Positions 8,408 to 20,200 of a stretch of 43,694 nt of DNA are shown in pieces. Below the pieces are notes generated by a model, which saw only the letters and a program-made list of their open reading frames with translations, was not told where the DNA came from and ran no database searches. The first letter of the stretch is position 1. Each line of letters opens with the position of its first letter. The stretch spans positions 1 through 43,694 of the forward strand of contig JAFUPK010000001.1 in NCBI GenBank assembly GCA_017481265.1, written 5' to 3'. The position numbers were made by a program, and so were the translations under genes. The DNA comes from Clostridia bacterium (GTDB taxonomy: Bacteria > Bacillota > Clostridia > Oscillospirales > CAG-272).

Positions 8408-9208
8408 ATGGAAAAATACGTTTTTGCCGATGGGCATGAGACTCCGTACATTTCCTCAAGACAGAATCCGCGTGTGACGTCGGCAGCTAAGCTCAGTGAT
8501 AAAAAGTACCGCGAAATAAGCGGCAGATTCCTTTGCGAGGGAGTGAAGCTTACCCTGGAGGCTGCAAAATACGGCAGACTTTGTGAGGTGTATGTCCGCG
8601 AAAGCGATGCGGAAAAATACCGTGATGCCGTATCCTCTGCAGAGGCAGCGGGATGTGAGGTGTTCGTGCTTTCCGACCCTGCCTTTGATAAGATAACTAC
8701 GGAAAAGGCTCCCCAAGGTATCATTTCGGTGGCGGAATGTGCCCCTTTTCAGCCCGTTTGTTTCGAGGACGGCAATATTTTGTTTCTTGACAGCATCCGT
8801 GACCCGGGAAACCTGGGCACGATCATAAGAAGCGCCTGCGCTTTCGGAAATGTAAGCGTAGTGCTTTATTCATGCGCCGATCTTTATAACACCAAAACGG
8901 TCCGTGCCGCCATGGGCGCTCTTTTCAAAACACGGACGGCAGTGTTAAATGATGCTGCTGCCTTTTTTGGTGAGTGCAAGAAGCAGGGCAGACGCGTGCT
9001 CGGTGCCGCGCTTGAAGCTGACAGCCTGAAGCTCGGACATTATGAAACGAGATGTAATGATGTTATAGTCATCGGCAACGAGGGACACGGAATATCTCCC
9101 GAAATAGGTGAGATGTGCGATGAATTTGTGCTCATCCCAATGAATGAAAATACCGAAAGCCTCAACGCATCTGTTGCGGCATCGGTGATCCTTTGGGAAT
9201 ATTCCTGA
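8408..9208 (+). CDS. TrmH/SpoU family RNA 2'-O-methyltransferase
   Basis: DPGNLGTIIRSA, RAAMGA, IGNEGHG, ESLNASVA SPOUT motifs. Confidence 0.92.
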   Translation: MEKYVFADGHETPYISSRQNPRVTSAAKLSDKKYREISGRFLCEGVKLTLEAAKYGRLCEVYVRESDAEKYRDAVSSAEAAGCEVFVLSDPAFDKITTEKAPQGIISVAECAPFQPVCFEDGNILFLDSIRDPGNLGTIIRSACAFGNVSVVLYSCADLYNTKTVRAAMGALFKTRTAVLNDAAAFFGECKKQGRRVLGAALEADSLKLGHYETRCNDVIVIGNEGHGISPEIGEMCDEFVLIPMNENTESLNASVAASVILWEYS

Positions 9209-9257
9209 GGATCAGCCTGACCTTTAAAGGTCAATTCACATTAAGGTTGGACTTTCC

Positions 9258-10745
9258 ATGAAGGATTACAGACTTTATTGGATATGGCTTGCCGAGGCGG
9301 CGGGCTATGCCAGCAAAATTGCCGTAAGGCTTGTAAATATATTCGGTAATGCTGCCGCTGTATACATGGCTGATCCGGATGAGCTTGACTTTGAAAAGCT
9401 CGGAATGAACGGCCGTGAGCTTGCAAGTGCCAAGCGGATACTTGCAAATAAAGACCTTAGCTTTGCCGAGAGGATACTTGAGGATGCATCAAGGCTCGGA
9501 CAGCGAGTGCTCGTCCCCACAGACGAGGACTATCCGATAAGCCTTCTTGCTCTGAGAGATGCACCGATGGTGCTGTATGTGCTTGGCACGATGCCGTCTC
9601 TTAAGGATGAGCTTGCCGTGGCCGTTGTCGGAACACGTACCATGAGTGACAGCGGCAGGCGTAATGCCTATGGGGTGGGCTACGGCCTTGCCTCTGCGGG
9701 AGCTGTTGTGGTCAGCGGAATGGCACTTGGCATCGACGGTATGGCGCAGTGCGGCGCAATAAACGCAGGCGGAAGAACCATTGCCGTTCTCGGAGGCGGA
9801 GCCGATGTGATCTATCCGCGCGACCATGAGAATCTCTATAATACCATACTTCGCCGCGGAGCTGTGGTCTCGGAGTATCCTCCGGGGACCCGTCCTGCAG
9901 GATACCATTTCCCTGTGAGAAACCGCATAATCAGCGGACTTGCCGCAGGATGTGTGGTCGTTGAGGCGGATATGAAGAGCGGAGCTCTTATAACTGCACG
10001 TCATGCCATCTACCAAGGGCGTCACGTGTTTGCTTTCCCGGGAGATGTGTCCTTTGCGGGAGCTGAGGGAACCAACAGCCTTATCAAAAACGGAGCTGTT
10101 ATGACTACATCAGCCGAGGATGTGCTCTCCGAATATGAATTTCTCTATCCCCATTCCATCAGCATGAAGGCATACTTTAAGGCTATCCGAAATCTTGAGC
10201 TTGAGGAATCCTCAGCGGAAGCTATGGCGCGTCTGCGTATCACCGCCCGTGACGGCAACCGACATTACGGAAAGGGATCCTTCGGCGGACGCGATCTGCG
10301 CTCCGGTAAGAGCGAAAGTACAAAGCCGCCCCGCGTCAAGGCGTCCGATAAAAAGCATTCAACCGATGAGGTAAAGCTCGGTACGGCTGCTGTTCCTGCT
10401 GTTGCCGAGGATCCGAAGAAGGAAAAAAAGACTGCGCAGAAGAAGAGTAAGAGTGCCGCAAGTGCTGTCCGGACGGAAGCTGTAAAGGAAGCTGTGAAGG
10501 CTGAACTTCCACCTCAGCGCATTGAGCTCGATCTTCTTGACGATGTGAATATTAGGGTATATAACCTCATGAAGCCCGATGTTCCCATGATCCCCGACGA
10601 GCTTGTGTCAGCGGATCTCCCCATCAGCGAGGTTTTGAGCTCTCTTTCCATGCTTGAGCTTGCGGGCGCTGTTGAATCGGGTGCCGGCGGATACTTTCTC
10701 AGACGTTCATCTGACGATATAGCCTTTGATCCGTCGGATGAATAG
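9258..10745 (+). CDS. dprA: DNA processing protein DprA (Smf)
   Basis: AVVGTR, VSGMALGIDG, FPVRNRIISGL, VVEA..SGALITA, C-terminal winged-helix-like region. Directly upstream of topA. Confidence 0.94.
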   Translation: MKDYRLYWIWLAEAAGYASKIAVRLVNIFGNAAAVYMADPDELDFEKLGMNGRELASAKRILANKDLSFAERILEDASRLGQRVLVPTDEDYPISLLALRDAPMVLYVLGTMPSLKDELAVAVVGTRTMSDSGRRNAYGVGYGLASAGAVVVSGMALGIDGMAQCGAINAGGRTIAVLGGGADVIYPRDHENLYNTILRRGAVVSEYPPGTRPAGYHFPVRNRIISGLAAGCVVVEADMKSGALITARHAIYQGRHVFAFPGDVSFAGAEGTNSLIKNGAVMTTSAEDVLSEYEFLYPHSISMKAYFKAIRNLELEESSAEAMARLRITARDGNRHYGKGSFGGRDLRSGKSESTKPPRVKASDKKHSTDEVKLGTAAVPAVAEDPKKEKKTAQKKSKSAASAVRTEAVKEAVKAELPPQRIELDLLDDVNIRVYNLMKPDVPMIPDELVSADLPISEVLSSLSMLELAGAVESGAGGYFLRRSSDDIAFDPSDE

Positions 10746-10828
10746 CCCTCGCACACATAGCTAAAAATAAGAACATAACCGCCGTTATAAACGGCAGATA
10801 ACATAAATTACGAAAGGTGAAGCTGAAA

Positions 10829-13090
10829 ATGCAGAAGCTTGTTATAGTCGAGTCTCCCACCAAGGCTCCGACGATCAAAGGATATCTCGGCTCGGGCTAC
10901 AAGGTCGTAGCGTCTAAGGGCCATGTGAGAGACCTTCCCAAGTCCACACTCGGTGTGGATGTAGATAACGATTTTGAAGCGCACTATATAAATATCCGCG
11001 GAAAGGGAGAGCTTATCCGCGAGCTGAAGAAAGAGGTCAAGGCGGCGGATAAGGTGTTCCTCGCAACGGACCCTGACCGTGAGGGAGAGGCGATCTCATG
11101 GCATCTTGTGAATGCTCTCTCTATCGCTCCCGAAAAGGTCAACCGCATAACCTTCAATGAGCTTACCAAGACAGCGGTCAAGGAGGCTATCAAGAAGCCC
11201 CGCGCTATCGACATGAATCTGGTAAATTCTCAGCAGGCACGCCGTCTGCTTGACCGTATCGTCGGATATAAGCTGAGTCCCTTTCTCTGGAAGACTGTAA
11301 GAAGCGGACTTTCCGCAGGCAGAGTTCAGTCTGTTGCAACACGCATCGTAGTCGAAAGGGAGGCGGAGATCCGTGCCTTCGTTCCGAAGGAATACTGGAC
11401 TGTCGATGCATCCCTTGTTACTCCCGAGACGAAGACATTTACTGCTAAATTCTACGGTCTTGCCGCAGATTCATCAAAGCTTGATCTGAACTGCGAGAAG
11501 GATGCCGCCGCAGTAGTTGCAGAGGCAAATGTAAATCCCTTTATCGTACGTGACGTGAAGAAGGGACAGAAATTCAAGAATCCCTCGCCTCCGTTTATCA
11601 CCTCCACTCTCCAGCAGGAGGCATCGAGAAAGCTCAATTTCCAGTCCCAGCGCACCATGAAGGTAGCGCAGGAGCTTTACGAGGGTATCAATCTCGGTAG
11701 TGAACTCGGCGGCGTACAGGGTCTTATCACCTATATGCGTACCGACTCCCTCCGTATTGCAGACGAGGCGAGAGCGGCGGCGCGTGATTATATCACAGAA
11801 CGCTTCGGAGATAAGTACTATCCCGAAAATCCCCGTATCTATAAGGCAAAGTCCGGCGCTCAGGACGCTCACGAAGCAATAAGACCTGCGCGTGCGGCTA
11901 TTGAGCCTCAGAAGATAAAGAGCCGTCTTACATCCGATCAGTACAGACTTTATAAGCTTATCTGGGATCGCTTCATTGCAAGCCAGATGGCGTCTGCTGA
12001 GCTTTCTACCGTTCAGGTCGATATCACAAGCGGAAAATATCTCTTCCGTTCAAGCGGATATACAGTAAAGTTCCCGGGATATATGGCGGTATATGAGGAG
12101 TCAACCGACGAAGCTGAGAAGGAGAAGACCACAAGACTTCCTCAGATCACGGAGGGAAGTACTCTCGGCGTTCAGAAGATCACTCCCGAACAACACTTTA
12201 CAGAGCCTCCCGCAAGATATACTGAAGCTTCTCTTATCAAATTTATGGAGGAAAAGGGAATCGGACGTCCCAGTACCTACTCTACCATCATAACTCTTAT
12301 CGTTTCACGCGGATACGTTAAACGTCAGGGTAAAACTCTTCACCCCACTCCCCTTGGCGAGGTGACTACAAAGCTTATCTGCGAGAAATTCCCCGACGTT
12401 GCCGACTATCAGTTTACGGCAATGATGGAAAATAAGCTTGACTCCATCGAGGATGGAGAGTACACCATGAATGAGGTTCTTTCAGCCTTCTACGACGGGT
12501 TTAAGCGTGAGCTTGACCACGCCTTTGAGTCGGTTTCCAAGGATGATATTGAGCTTCCCGTGGAGGAGACCGATATTATCTGCGAAAAGTGCGGTGCAAA
12601 GATGATAGTTAAGGAAGGCCGCTTCGGTAAGTTTGCAGCTTGCCCTAACTATCCCGAGTGCAAGAATACAAAGCCGCTTACCAAGGAAGGTAAGGCTCCC
12701 GAAGAGCCGAAGAAGCCCGAGACCGACATGAAGTGCGAAAAATGCGGTGCCGATATGGTGCTGAGAAGCGGTCGCTTCGGAAGCTTCTATGCTTGCTCGG
12801 CTTACCCCACCTGCAAGTTCACAAAGCAGATCACAAAGCCCCTCGGTGTCAAGTGCCCCGATTGCGGCAGCGACATAGTTACAAAATTCGGTAAGAACCG
12901 CACCATGTTCTATAGCTGTGAAAAGTACCCCGATTGCAAATTCTCCTCATGGGATATGCCTACAAACGGAAAATGTCCCGTCTGCGGTGATATGCTCATG
13001 AAGAAAAAGGGCAGAAATCAGCTCGTTTGCAGAAGCGAGAAGTGCTCATATAAGGCTGAGCTTCCCGCAGAGGCGGAGTCCGATAAGTAA
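10829..13090 (+). CDS. topA: DNA topoisomerase I (type IA) with C-terminal Zn ribbons
   Basis: [33 protein letters not shown] (catalytic Tyr), [17 protein letters not shown], repeated CxxC ribbons. Confidence 0.98.
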   Translation: MQKLVIVESPTKAPTIKGYLGSGYKVVASKGHVRDLPKSTLGVDVDNDFEAHYINIRGKGELIRELKKEVKAADKVFLATDPDREGEAISWHLVNALSIAPEKVNRITFNELTKTAVKEAIKKPRAIDMNLVNSQQARRLLDRIVGYKLSPFLWKTVRSGLSAGRVQSVATRIVVEREAEIRAFVPKEYWTVDASLVTPETKTFTAKFYGLAADSSKLDLNCEKDAAAVVAEANVNPFIVRDVKKGQKFKNPSPPFITSTLQQEASRKLNFQSQRTMKVAQELYEGINLGSELGGVQGLITYMRTDSLRIADEARAAARDYITERFGDKYYPENPRIYKAKSGAQDAHEAIRPARAAIEPQKIKSRLTSDQYRLYKLIWDRFIASQMASAELSTVQVDITSGKYLFRSSGYTVKFPGYMAVYEESTDEAEKEKTTRLPQITEGSTLGVQKITPEQHFTEPPARYTEASLIKFMEEKGIGRPSTYSTIITLIVSRGYVKRQGKTLHPTPLGEVTTKLICEKFPDVADYQFTAMMENKLDSIEDGEYTMNEVLSAFYDGFKRELDHAFESVSKDDIELPVEETDIICEKCGAKMIVKEGRFGKFAACPNYPECKNTKPLTKEGKAPEEPKKPETDMKCEKCGADMVLRSGRFGSFYACSAYPTCKFTKQITKPLGVKCPDCGSDIVTKFGKNRTMFYSCEKYPDCKFSSWDMPTNGKCPVCGDMLMKKKGRNQLVCRSEKCSYKAELPAEAESDK

Positions 13091-13107
13091 AGCTACGGAG
13101 ATACCAA

Positions 13108-14442
13108 ATGGATAAAATATACGTTATAGGTGCGGGACTTGCAGGAAGCGAGGCGGCTTATCAGATCGCACGCTTCGGCATCCCAGTCACCCTCTTTGAG
13201 ATGAAGCCTGTGAAGCGTTCACCCGCACATAAGGCGGATACCTTCGCGGAGCTTGTGTGCTCAAATTCTCTCCGCAGTGCCGACGTGACAAACGCATCGG
13301 GACTTCTCAAGGAGGAGCTTCGCAGAATGGGCTCTCTCATAATGGAGGCCTGCGACAACACAAAGGTCTCCGCAGGCGGTGCTCTTGCCGTTGACAGACA
13401 GCTCTTTTCCGAGTACGTTACACGTAAAATAGAGGAGCATCCGCTTATTGAGGTGCGCCGTGAGGAGATAACTGAGATCCCTGCGGACGCTCCCTGCATC
13501 GTGGCTACGGGACCCCTTACCTCCGATGCTCTTGCCGAGGATATTTCACGTCTTATCGGCGGGGACAGCCTCTACTTCTTCGATGCGGCGGCGCCTATCG
13601 TTTCCTTTGATTCCATCGACATGACTAAGGCGTTCTTTGCTTCCCGCTATGGAAAGGGCTCGGCAGATTACATCAACTGCCCTATGAACGAGGAAGAGTA
13701 CAAGGCGTTCTACAATGCCCTCGTTACCGCAGAGGAAGCACCTCTCCACGAGGCTGATGCAGGACTCAAGGTGAAGGTATTCGAGGGCTGTATGCCCGTT
13801 GAGGTAATGGCAAAGAGAGGCGAGGATACACTTCGCTTCGGTCCCATGAAGCCTGTAGGGATCACAAATCCCGAAACCGGTGAGACCTATTACGCCATAG
13901 TACAGCTCAGACGCGAGAACGAGGAAGGTGAGATGTTCAATCTCGTCGGATTCCAGACACATCTAAAATTCCCCGAGCAGAAGAGAGTATTCGGCATGAT
14001 CCCCGGACTTGAAAACGCGGAGTTTTTACGCTACGGCGTGATGCACAGAAACACTTTCATAAATTCCCCCGAGCATCTTGACTCAGATTATGCTCTCAGA
14101 AGCAACAGAAGCATCCGCTTTGCGGGACAGATGACGGGCGTTGAGGGGTATATTGAATCGGCAGCATCGGGCTTTGCTGCAGGAGTTGCCGCGGCAAGCG
14201 AGCTTCTTTTCGGCACGTCATACCGCTTCTCCGACAAAATGATGATCGGAGCTATGGCAAAGTACATCTCCGAGGGAGGTGTCGGCGCGTTCCAGCCCAT
14301 GAACGCGAATTTCGGTATCATTCCTCCCCTTGATCATAAGGTCAAGGGCGGAAAAAAGGCAAGGTACGAGGCATACGCAGCACGTGCTCTTGAGGAGTGC
14401 GACAAGGCGGCAGAGGTGCTTCGTGAGCTTAGAAACAAGTAA
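13108..14442 (+). CDS. trmFO: Folate/FAD-dependent tRNA m5U54 methyltransferase
   Basis: [49 protein letters not shown]. Confidence 0.96.
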   Translation: MDKIYVIGAGLAGSEAAYQIARFGIPVTLFEMKPVKRSPAHKADTFAELVCSNSLRSADVTNASGLLKEELRRMGSLIMEACDNTKVSAGGALAVDRQLFSEYVTRKIEEHPLIEVRREEITEIPADAPCIVATGPLTSDALAEDISRLIGGDSLYFFDAAAPIVSFDSIDMTKAFFASRYGKGSADYINCPMNEEEYKAFYNALVTAEEAPLHEADAGLKVKVFEGCMPVEVMAKRGEDTLRFGPMKPVGITNPETGETYYAIVQLRRENEEGEMFNLVGFQTHLKFPEQKRVFGMIPGLENAEFLRYGVMHRNTFINSPEHLDSDYALRSNRSIRFAGQMTGVEGYIESAASGFAAGVAAASELLFGTSYRFSDKMMIGAMAKYISEGGVGAFQPMNANFGIIPPLDHKVKGGKKARYEAYAARALEECDKAAEVLRELRNK

Positions 14443-14455
14443 TAAGGAGCGCCTT

Positions 14456-15466
14456 ATGAGAATAATACTCGACGCTATGGGCGGCGACAACGCCCCTCTT
14501 GAGATAATCCGCGGAGCTTGCGAGGCATCACTTGTGACGGATTCTACACTTGTGCTTGTGGGCAGAGAGGATGTCATAAAAGGGCATCTTGCAGAGCTTG
14601 AATATAACAAGGACCGTATCGAGATACATCACGCCGAGGGAGTCATAACCATGGAGGACGACCCCATGGTAGTTGTAAAAGGCAAGAAGGATTCCTCAAT
14701 GAGCGAGGGACTCCGACTCCTTAAAGAATCGGGAGATGCCTTCGTCAGTGCGGGAAGCACAGGCGCTCTCCATACGGGAGCAACTCTTATCGTACGTAAC
14801 GTAAAGGGGGTGCGCCGTGCGGCTATTGCAAGCATACTCCCCTTTAACAGACCTATGCTTCTTATGGACAGCGGTGCAAACGTCACCGTTACCCCCGACA
14901 ACCTCGTCCAGTGGGCGTACACCGGAAGCATTTATATGAAGAATGTTATGAACGTGGAAAAGCCCGCTGTTGGACTTCTCAACAACGGCACCGAGGAATG
15001 TAAGGGAACAGAGGTGCAGAGAGAGGCGTACGCGCTCCTTTCCGCTTGCTCTGACATAAACTTCGTGGGAAATGTGGAAGCCAAGGATATTCCAAGCGGC
15101 GTGTGCGACGTGCTTGTCACCGATGGCTTTACCGGGAATATTGCATTAAAGCTCACAGAGGGCATGGCGAAGTTCTTCTTCGGTACTCTTAAAGAGGTAT
15201 TTGGCGGAAAGCTTCGCGGTATGCTTTGCTACCTTCTTATGAAGAAGGATCTTCGCGGGCTCAAAAACCGTTTTGATGCTTCCGCTTACGGCGGAGCTCC
15301 CATACTCGGTATCTCGCGACCCGTTATCAAGGCTCACGGAAGCTCCAATGCAAGAGCGATCAAAAACGCCGTACTTCAGGCAGAGAAGTTTGCCGCAAGC
15401 GCAGCTTCAGCGGAGATAGAAGCAGCTCTTGCAGCAAGACGCGAAGCGGCAATGAAGACAGAATAA
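14456..15466 (+). CDS. plsX: Phosphate acyltransferase PlsX
   Basis: DAMGGDNAP, SAGSTGA, GANV, NNGTEE.KG, DGFTGN, KAHGSS. AAGGAG RBS. Confidence 0.96.
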   Translation: MRIILDAMGGDNAPLEIIRGACEASLVTDSTLVLVGREDVIKGHLAELEYNKDRIEIHHAEGVITMEDDPMVVVKGKKDSSMSEGLRLLKESGDAFVSAGSTGALHTGATLIVRNVKGVRRAAIASILPFNRPMLLMDSGANVTVTPDNLVQWAYTGSIYMKNVMNVEKPAVGLLNNGTEECKGTEVQREAYALLSACSDINFVGNVEAKDIPSGVCDVLVTDGFTGNIALKLTEGMAKFFFGTLKEVFGGKLRGMLCYLLMKKDLRGLKNRFDASAYGGAPILGISRPVIKAHGSSNARAIKNAVLQAEKFAASAASAEIEAALAARREAAMKTE

Positions 15467-15478
15467 TTGAGGATTACA

Positions 15479-16198
15479 ATGACAAAAAAACAGCTTCCTT
15501 TTGAAAGGCTTGAGGCCGCTGTAGGCTACACCTTCAAGGATAAAGAAATACTTAAAAAGGCACTTACGCACTCATCCTACTCAAATGAGTGCCGTTCAAA
15601 GGGCGTTACCGCGGAGTGTAATGAACGCCTTGAATTTTTAGGCGACTCGGTGCTGTCCATCGCGGTGAGCCGTTACCTTTTCGATAAATATGCAGACAGG
15701 CAGGAGGGTGATCTTACGAAGATCCGAGCCGCTGTTGTCTGCGAAAAGGCACTTTCCAAATATGCAAGGGATATTTCCCTCGGATCATATATTTTCCTCG
15801 GACACGGAGAGGATATGAACCGCGGTCGGGAGAGAGCTTCCATACTTGCCGATGCATTTGAAGCACTCCTTGCGGCGATCTATATCGACTCGGGCAGGGA
15901 TATGGCGTCCGTTGAGACTTTCCTTATGCCCTACGTTACCGCAGAGATCGACGCTGTGGGAAGCTATGGCGCATTTCTTGACTACAAAACGTCTCTCCAG
16001 CAGATCGTTCAGCAGGTGGAGGGAGAAAAGCTTGAGTATGTGCTTATAGCGGAGCACGGCCCTGACCACGACAAGCTTTTTGAGGTGGAAGCACGCCTCA
16101 ACAGCAATGTGATAGGCAGAGGTAAGGCGCGAAGCAAGCGTGAGGCAGAGCAGCTTGCCGCTAAGGAAGCACTCAGCCTTTTCGGTGAGAAGAATTGA
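15479..16198 (+). CDS. rnc: Ribonuclease III
   Basis: NERLEFLGDSVL signature, ADAFEA, and dsRBD DYKTSLQ...GPDH...SKREAEQ. Confidence 0.97.
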   Translation: MTKKQLPFERLEAAVGYTFKDKEILKKALTHSSYSNECRSKGVTAECNERLEFLGDSVLSIAVSRYLFDKYADRQEGDLTKIRAAVVCEKALSKYARDISLGSYIFLGHGEDMNRGRERASILADAFEALLAAIYIDSGRDMASVETFLMPYVTAEIDAVGSYGAFLDYKTSLQQIVQQVEGEKLEYVLIAEHGPDHDKLFEVEARLNSNVIGRGKARSKREAEQLAAKEALSLFGEKN

Positions 16199-17232
16199 AG
16201 AAAAGCCACGCCAATATCCCTGTTTTCATCCCTCACATGGGATGCCCGAACAACTGCGTATTCTGCGATCAGAGGGCAATCTCGGGACGGGTTCATTTTG
16301 ATGAAAAGGATGCAATACGGCTCATGGAGGAGTCTGTCCGTACCCTTGAGGGAACAGGACGCTGTGCCGAGATCGCCTTTTTCGGCGGTTCCTTTACGGG
16401 TATCGACAGAACACTTATGATAAGACTTCTCGATGCCGCCGAAGCCTTTGTTGGGCACGGCGTTTCGGGTATCCGTATGTCCACGCGTCCCGATTATATA
16501 AATGCGGAGATAATAGAGATACTCAAAAACTACACCGTTTCTCAGGTGGAGCTTGGTATACAGAGTATGTCAGACAGAGTTCTTGAGTGCTCAAAAAGAG
16601 GGCACACCGCAGAAGATACGCGACGTGCCGTAAAGCTTCTGCGTGATAATTCGTTTTCCGTGGTAGGACAGATGATGGTGGGACTACCAAAGTCAAGTGC
16701 AGAGGATGAAGTGTTTACAGCACGGCAGATCTGTGCTATGGGCTGTGATGGTGCGAGAATATACCCCACGGTGGTCTTTAAAAGGACTGAGCTTGAAGCT
16801 ATGGCTGAAAGCGCTTCTTACGTTCCCCTTACAGTAGAAGAGGCGGCATTGAGATGTGCCGATGTTCTTGAAGTATTTGAAGAAAACGGAACAGAGTGTC
16901 TTCGCATCGGGCTTTGTGACAGCGAGAACCTCCATTCCGAGGAAAAATACCACAGCGGTCCCGCTCATCCTGCCATGGGTGAGCTTGTTCGGGGCGAGCT
17001 TTGGAGAAAGAGAATATGCGCCTGCCTTGAAAAACGCGGAGAAAAGAACACACCTGCGGTCATCGAGATACCGTACGGTGCGGCATCCGCCGTTGCAGGA
17101 CAGAAAAAAAGAAACCGCAGAGAGTATGAAAAGCTCTGCGGAAGTAAGGTAATTATAAGAGAGAGCTCCGCACTTTGCGGCACGGAGTTCAGAGTTTACG
17201 ACATACAGGAGGCAGACGAGGTATGTATCTGA
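16195..17232 (+). CDS. Radical SAM protein (Elp3/HemN-like) conserved between rnc and smc
   Basis: CPNNCVFC (CxxxCxxC), STRPD, ELGIQS, RIYPT, GP.HPA. Confidence 0.88.
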   Translation: MKKSHANIPVFIPHMGCPNNCVFCDQRAISGRVHFDEKDAIRLMEESVRTLEGTGRCAEIAFFGGSFTGIDRTLMIRLLDAAEAFVGHGVSGIRMSTRPDYINAEIIEILKNYTVSQVELGIQSMSDRVLECSKRGHTAEDTRRAVKLLRDNSFSVVGQMMVGLPKSSAEDEVFTARQICAMGCDGARIYPTVVFKRTELEAMAESASYVPLTVEEAALRCADVLEVFEENGTECLRIGLCDSENLHSEEKYHSGPAHPAMGELVRGELWRKRICACLEKRGEKNTPAVIEIPYGAASAVAGQKKRNRREYEKLCGSKVIIRESSALCGTEFRVYDIQEADEVCI

Positions 17233-20200
17233 AATCACTTGAGCTTCACGGCTTCAAATCCTTCCCCGATAAGACCGTGCTCAAGTTCAACCCCGGTACC
17301 ACCATTATCGTAGGTCCCAACGGAAGCGGAAAGTCAAACATAACCGATGCCATGAGATGGGTTCTCGGAGAGCTTTCATCGAAAAGTCTGCGAGGCTCAA
17401 AGATGGAGGACGTTATCTTCTCCGGAGCCGACGGAGTCCGTCCCATGGGCTTTGCAGAGGTATCTATCACCTTCGACAACAGCGGAGAAGAGAAGACTCT
17501 GCCCTCGGACTACGACGAGATCACCGTTACGAGACGCTACTACAGAGCAGGCGACAGCGCCTACTTTATCAACCGCAAGCCTGTAAGACTTAAGGATATA
17601 TATGAGCTTTTCATGAACACAGGTGTTGGTCGTGAGGGCTATTCCATCATTGGTCAGGGACGTATCGCCGAGATAATCTCCAAGAAGAGCGAGGAAAGAC
17701 GCAGTATCTTCGAGGAGGCGGCAGGTATCACAAAATACCGCTACAGAAAGAACGAGTCACAGAAGAAGCTTACCGAAACGGAAAACAATATGATCCGTGT
17801 CGGCGATATTGCCGCGGAGCTTGAGTCCCGTATCGGTCCTCTTGAAAAGGAAGCTGCGAAGGCAAGGCGTTACCTTGAGCTGTACGATGAGAAAAAGAAG
17901 CTTGACGTATCTCTTTGGAAGTACGATATGGATAAGCTTCGGGAGAATCTCGACAGATTTGAAGCAGAGACAAAGATGTCCTCTCACGAGCTTGAGATGG
18001 CTGAGGACACCCTTCGCCAGCTTACAGATACTCTTGAGCGTATGTATGAGGCTTCAAGCAAGAATAAGGAAGCATCCCAGCGTCTCTACGATGAGATCAG
18101 CGGAGTCCGCTCTGCCAAGAGTAAGCTTGAGAACGACGTAAGACTTATTGAGAACAATACTCTCCATGCGAAAAACAGCCTTGAAAACGAGAAAAGAGCC
18201 GCCGCAGCTGCAGAAAGCGCTCTTGATGCGGTACGGACAAGGCGGGGTGAGCTTGAGCGCATCCTTAATGAGACTGAGGCAAAGATCAATGATAAAAATG
18301 ACGAGCTGAGCTGTCTCACAGATGAGAAAAATGCGGCTGTTGCGGGCAGAAATTCCCTCGATGCCGATATCGACCGCCTTTTTGCAGAGCGTCAAAGGGC
18401 AGATGCCGAGCTTGGTGATCTGCGGGTACGTCTCAGCGTGCTGAAAAACAGCATCTCCGAGGGAAGCCGCCGTAAGGAGGGTATCGACGAGGAGGTCGAC
18501 GCATATAAGCGCGAGCTTGCAAGGCTTGAAGCCGATATTGCCGATGAGTCTGAGACCGTTGCTTCCTATGACGCGGGCGCAGAAGCCGAAAAGGCTCGTT
18601 TTGCAGAAGCAGAAAAGGCCCTCTCCGAGGCTCAGGCTGAGTGCGACAGGCTTCGTACAGAGCTTTCTGCGGTGCTTGCAGAGAGCGAGGCTCTTTCAAG
18701 CCGTATTGCCGCCATGGAGCGGATGCTTGAGCACTTTGACGGATATAATAACAGTATAAAATTCGTTATGAACGAGTCCGGTGCCGGAAGGCTTTCGGGC
18801 ATACACGGTCCTCTTTCACACCTTATCAAGGTGGATTCAAAATATGCGGTGGCTCTTGAAACCTCAATGGGCTCGGCATTACAGAATATAGTCACGGAAA
18901 ACGAAGTCTCTGCCAAGTCCGCCATTGCCGCATTGAAGCGGGCAGGGGCAGGAAGAGCGACCTTTTACCCCATCACCACGGTGAAGGCTCAGGATAAAAA
19001 TGCCGAGCTTAAAAGTGCCGCTTCCTGTAAGGGATTTGTGGGATTTGCGGATGAGCTTGTGGAGTGCGAAGCGCGTTACCGCGAGATCGTGAAGAGCATT
19101 GTGGGAAGAGTTTGCGTTTTTGATAATATCGACAACGCCTCCGATATGGCGCGTGCACGGGGCTGGCGAGTACGTGCGGTCACCCTTGACGGACAGCAGA
19201 TCAATGCAGGCGGCTCCTTTACGGGAGGCTCTGCAAGACGCGACAGCGGAATGCTGACACGTTCCTCACAGATCGACTCCATGAAGGCTGACAAGGCCGA
19301 GCGAGACAAAAAAGCAGAGGATCTCGGCGTAGCTCTTCGCGAGAACGAAAAGAAGCTTCAGTCCCTTGCCCGCGCAAGAGCGGATGCAGATGAGAAGCGC
19401 CGTCTTATGGAGTCCCTTGCTTCCGTTGAAAAAACGAGCCTCGGAGAGCTTGAGGCTAAGCGGGACATGACCTTGGGTCTTATAACAAAGCTTGAAGGCG
19501 ATGTTGCACGCTTTGACGAAAATTCACGTAAGAATGCCGATGACATAAAGCTTCTGGAGGGCATGATAGCCGCAGCCGAGGAAACGGTAGCGAAGCTTGT
19601 CGGCGAAAGAGAAGAAAAGGCGGCAAGCCGCGGAGAGCTTGATGCCAAGGCAGATGAGCTTACAATCAGCATCTTAGACCTTCAGGTGGAGCTGGCGGGA
19701 CTTTTAAAGGACTGCGAAAATACCAAGAGCTCGATAGACGATGCACAGACACGCATGGCAGAGCTGACAAGCGAGATCGGCTCGCATATCGAAGAAAGCT
19801 CACGCCTTGCCGATGAGATAGGTACAGCGGCACAGCACAAGGATGATCTTACAGCTCTCGGGGAGGAAACGGCGACACACCTTTCAGCTCTTGAGGAAAA
19901 GCTCCGTGAGATCGAGGCAGAGGGAGACCGCATCGAGGAATCTCTTTCCGATATGCGCCGCCGTGAAAAGGAGCAGAGCTCCAAAAAAGAGATACTTGTG
20001 GTTACTCACACAAAGAACGAGAATAAGCTTGAGGGCCTCAAAAACGAGCTTGATAAGATGACCGCCCGTCTTTGGGATGAGTATGAGCTTACCTATACGG
20101 GAGCACTTGAGCTTCTCGGAGAGGACGGATATGAGGAGATAGCTGAGGGCACAAGAACAAGATGCCACAGCCGCCTTACCGAGCTCAAGAGCCGTATCCG

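Noticed and set aside
6339-10745. ComEB-like deaminase, dprA and mecA as a competence island
   Set aside because: Scattered, each in an ordinary housekeeping context; no pilus or uptake genes in the window.
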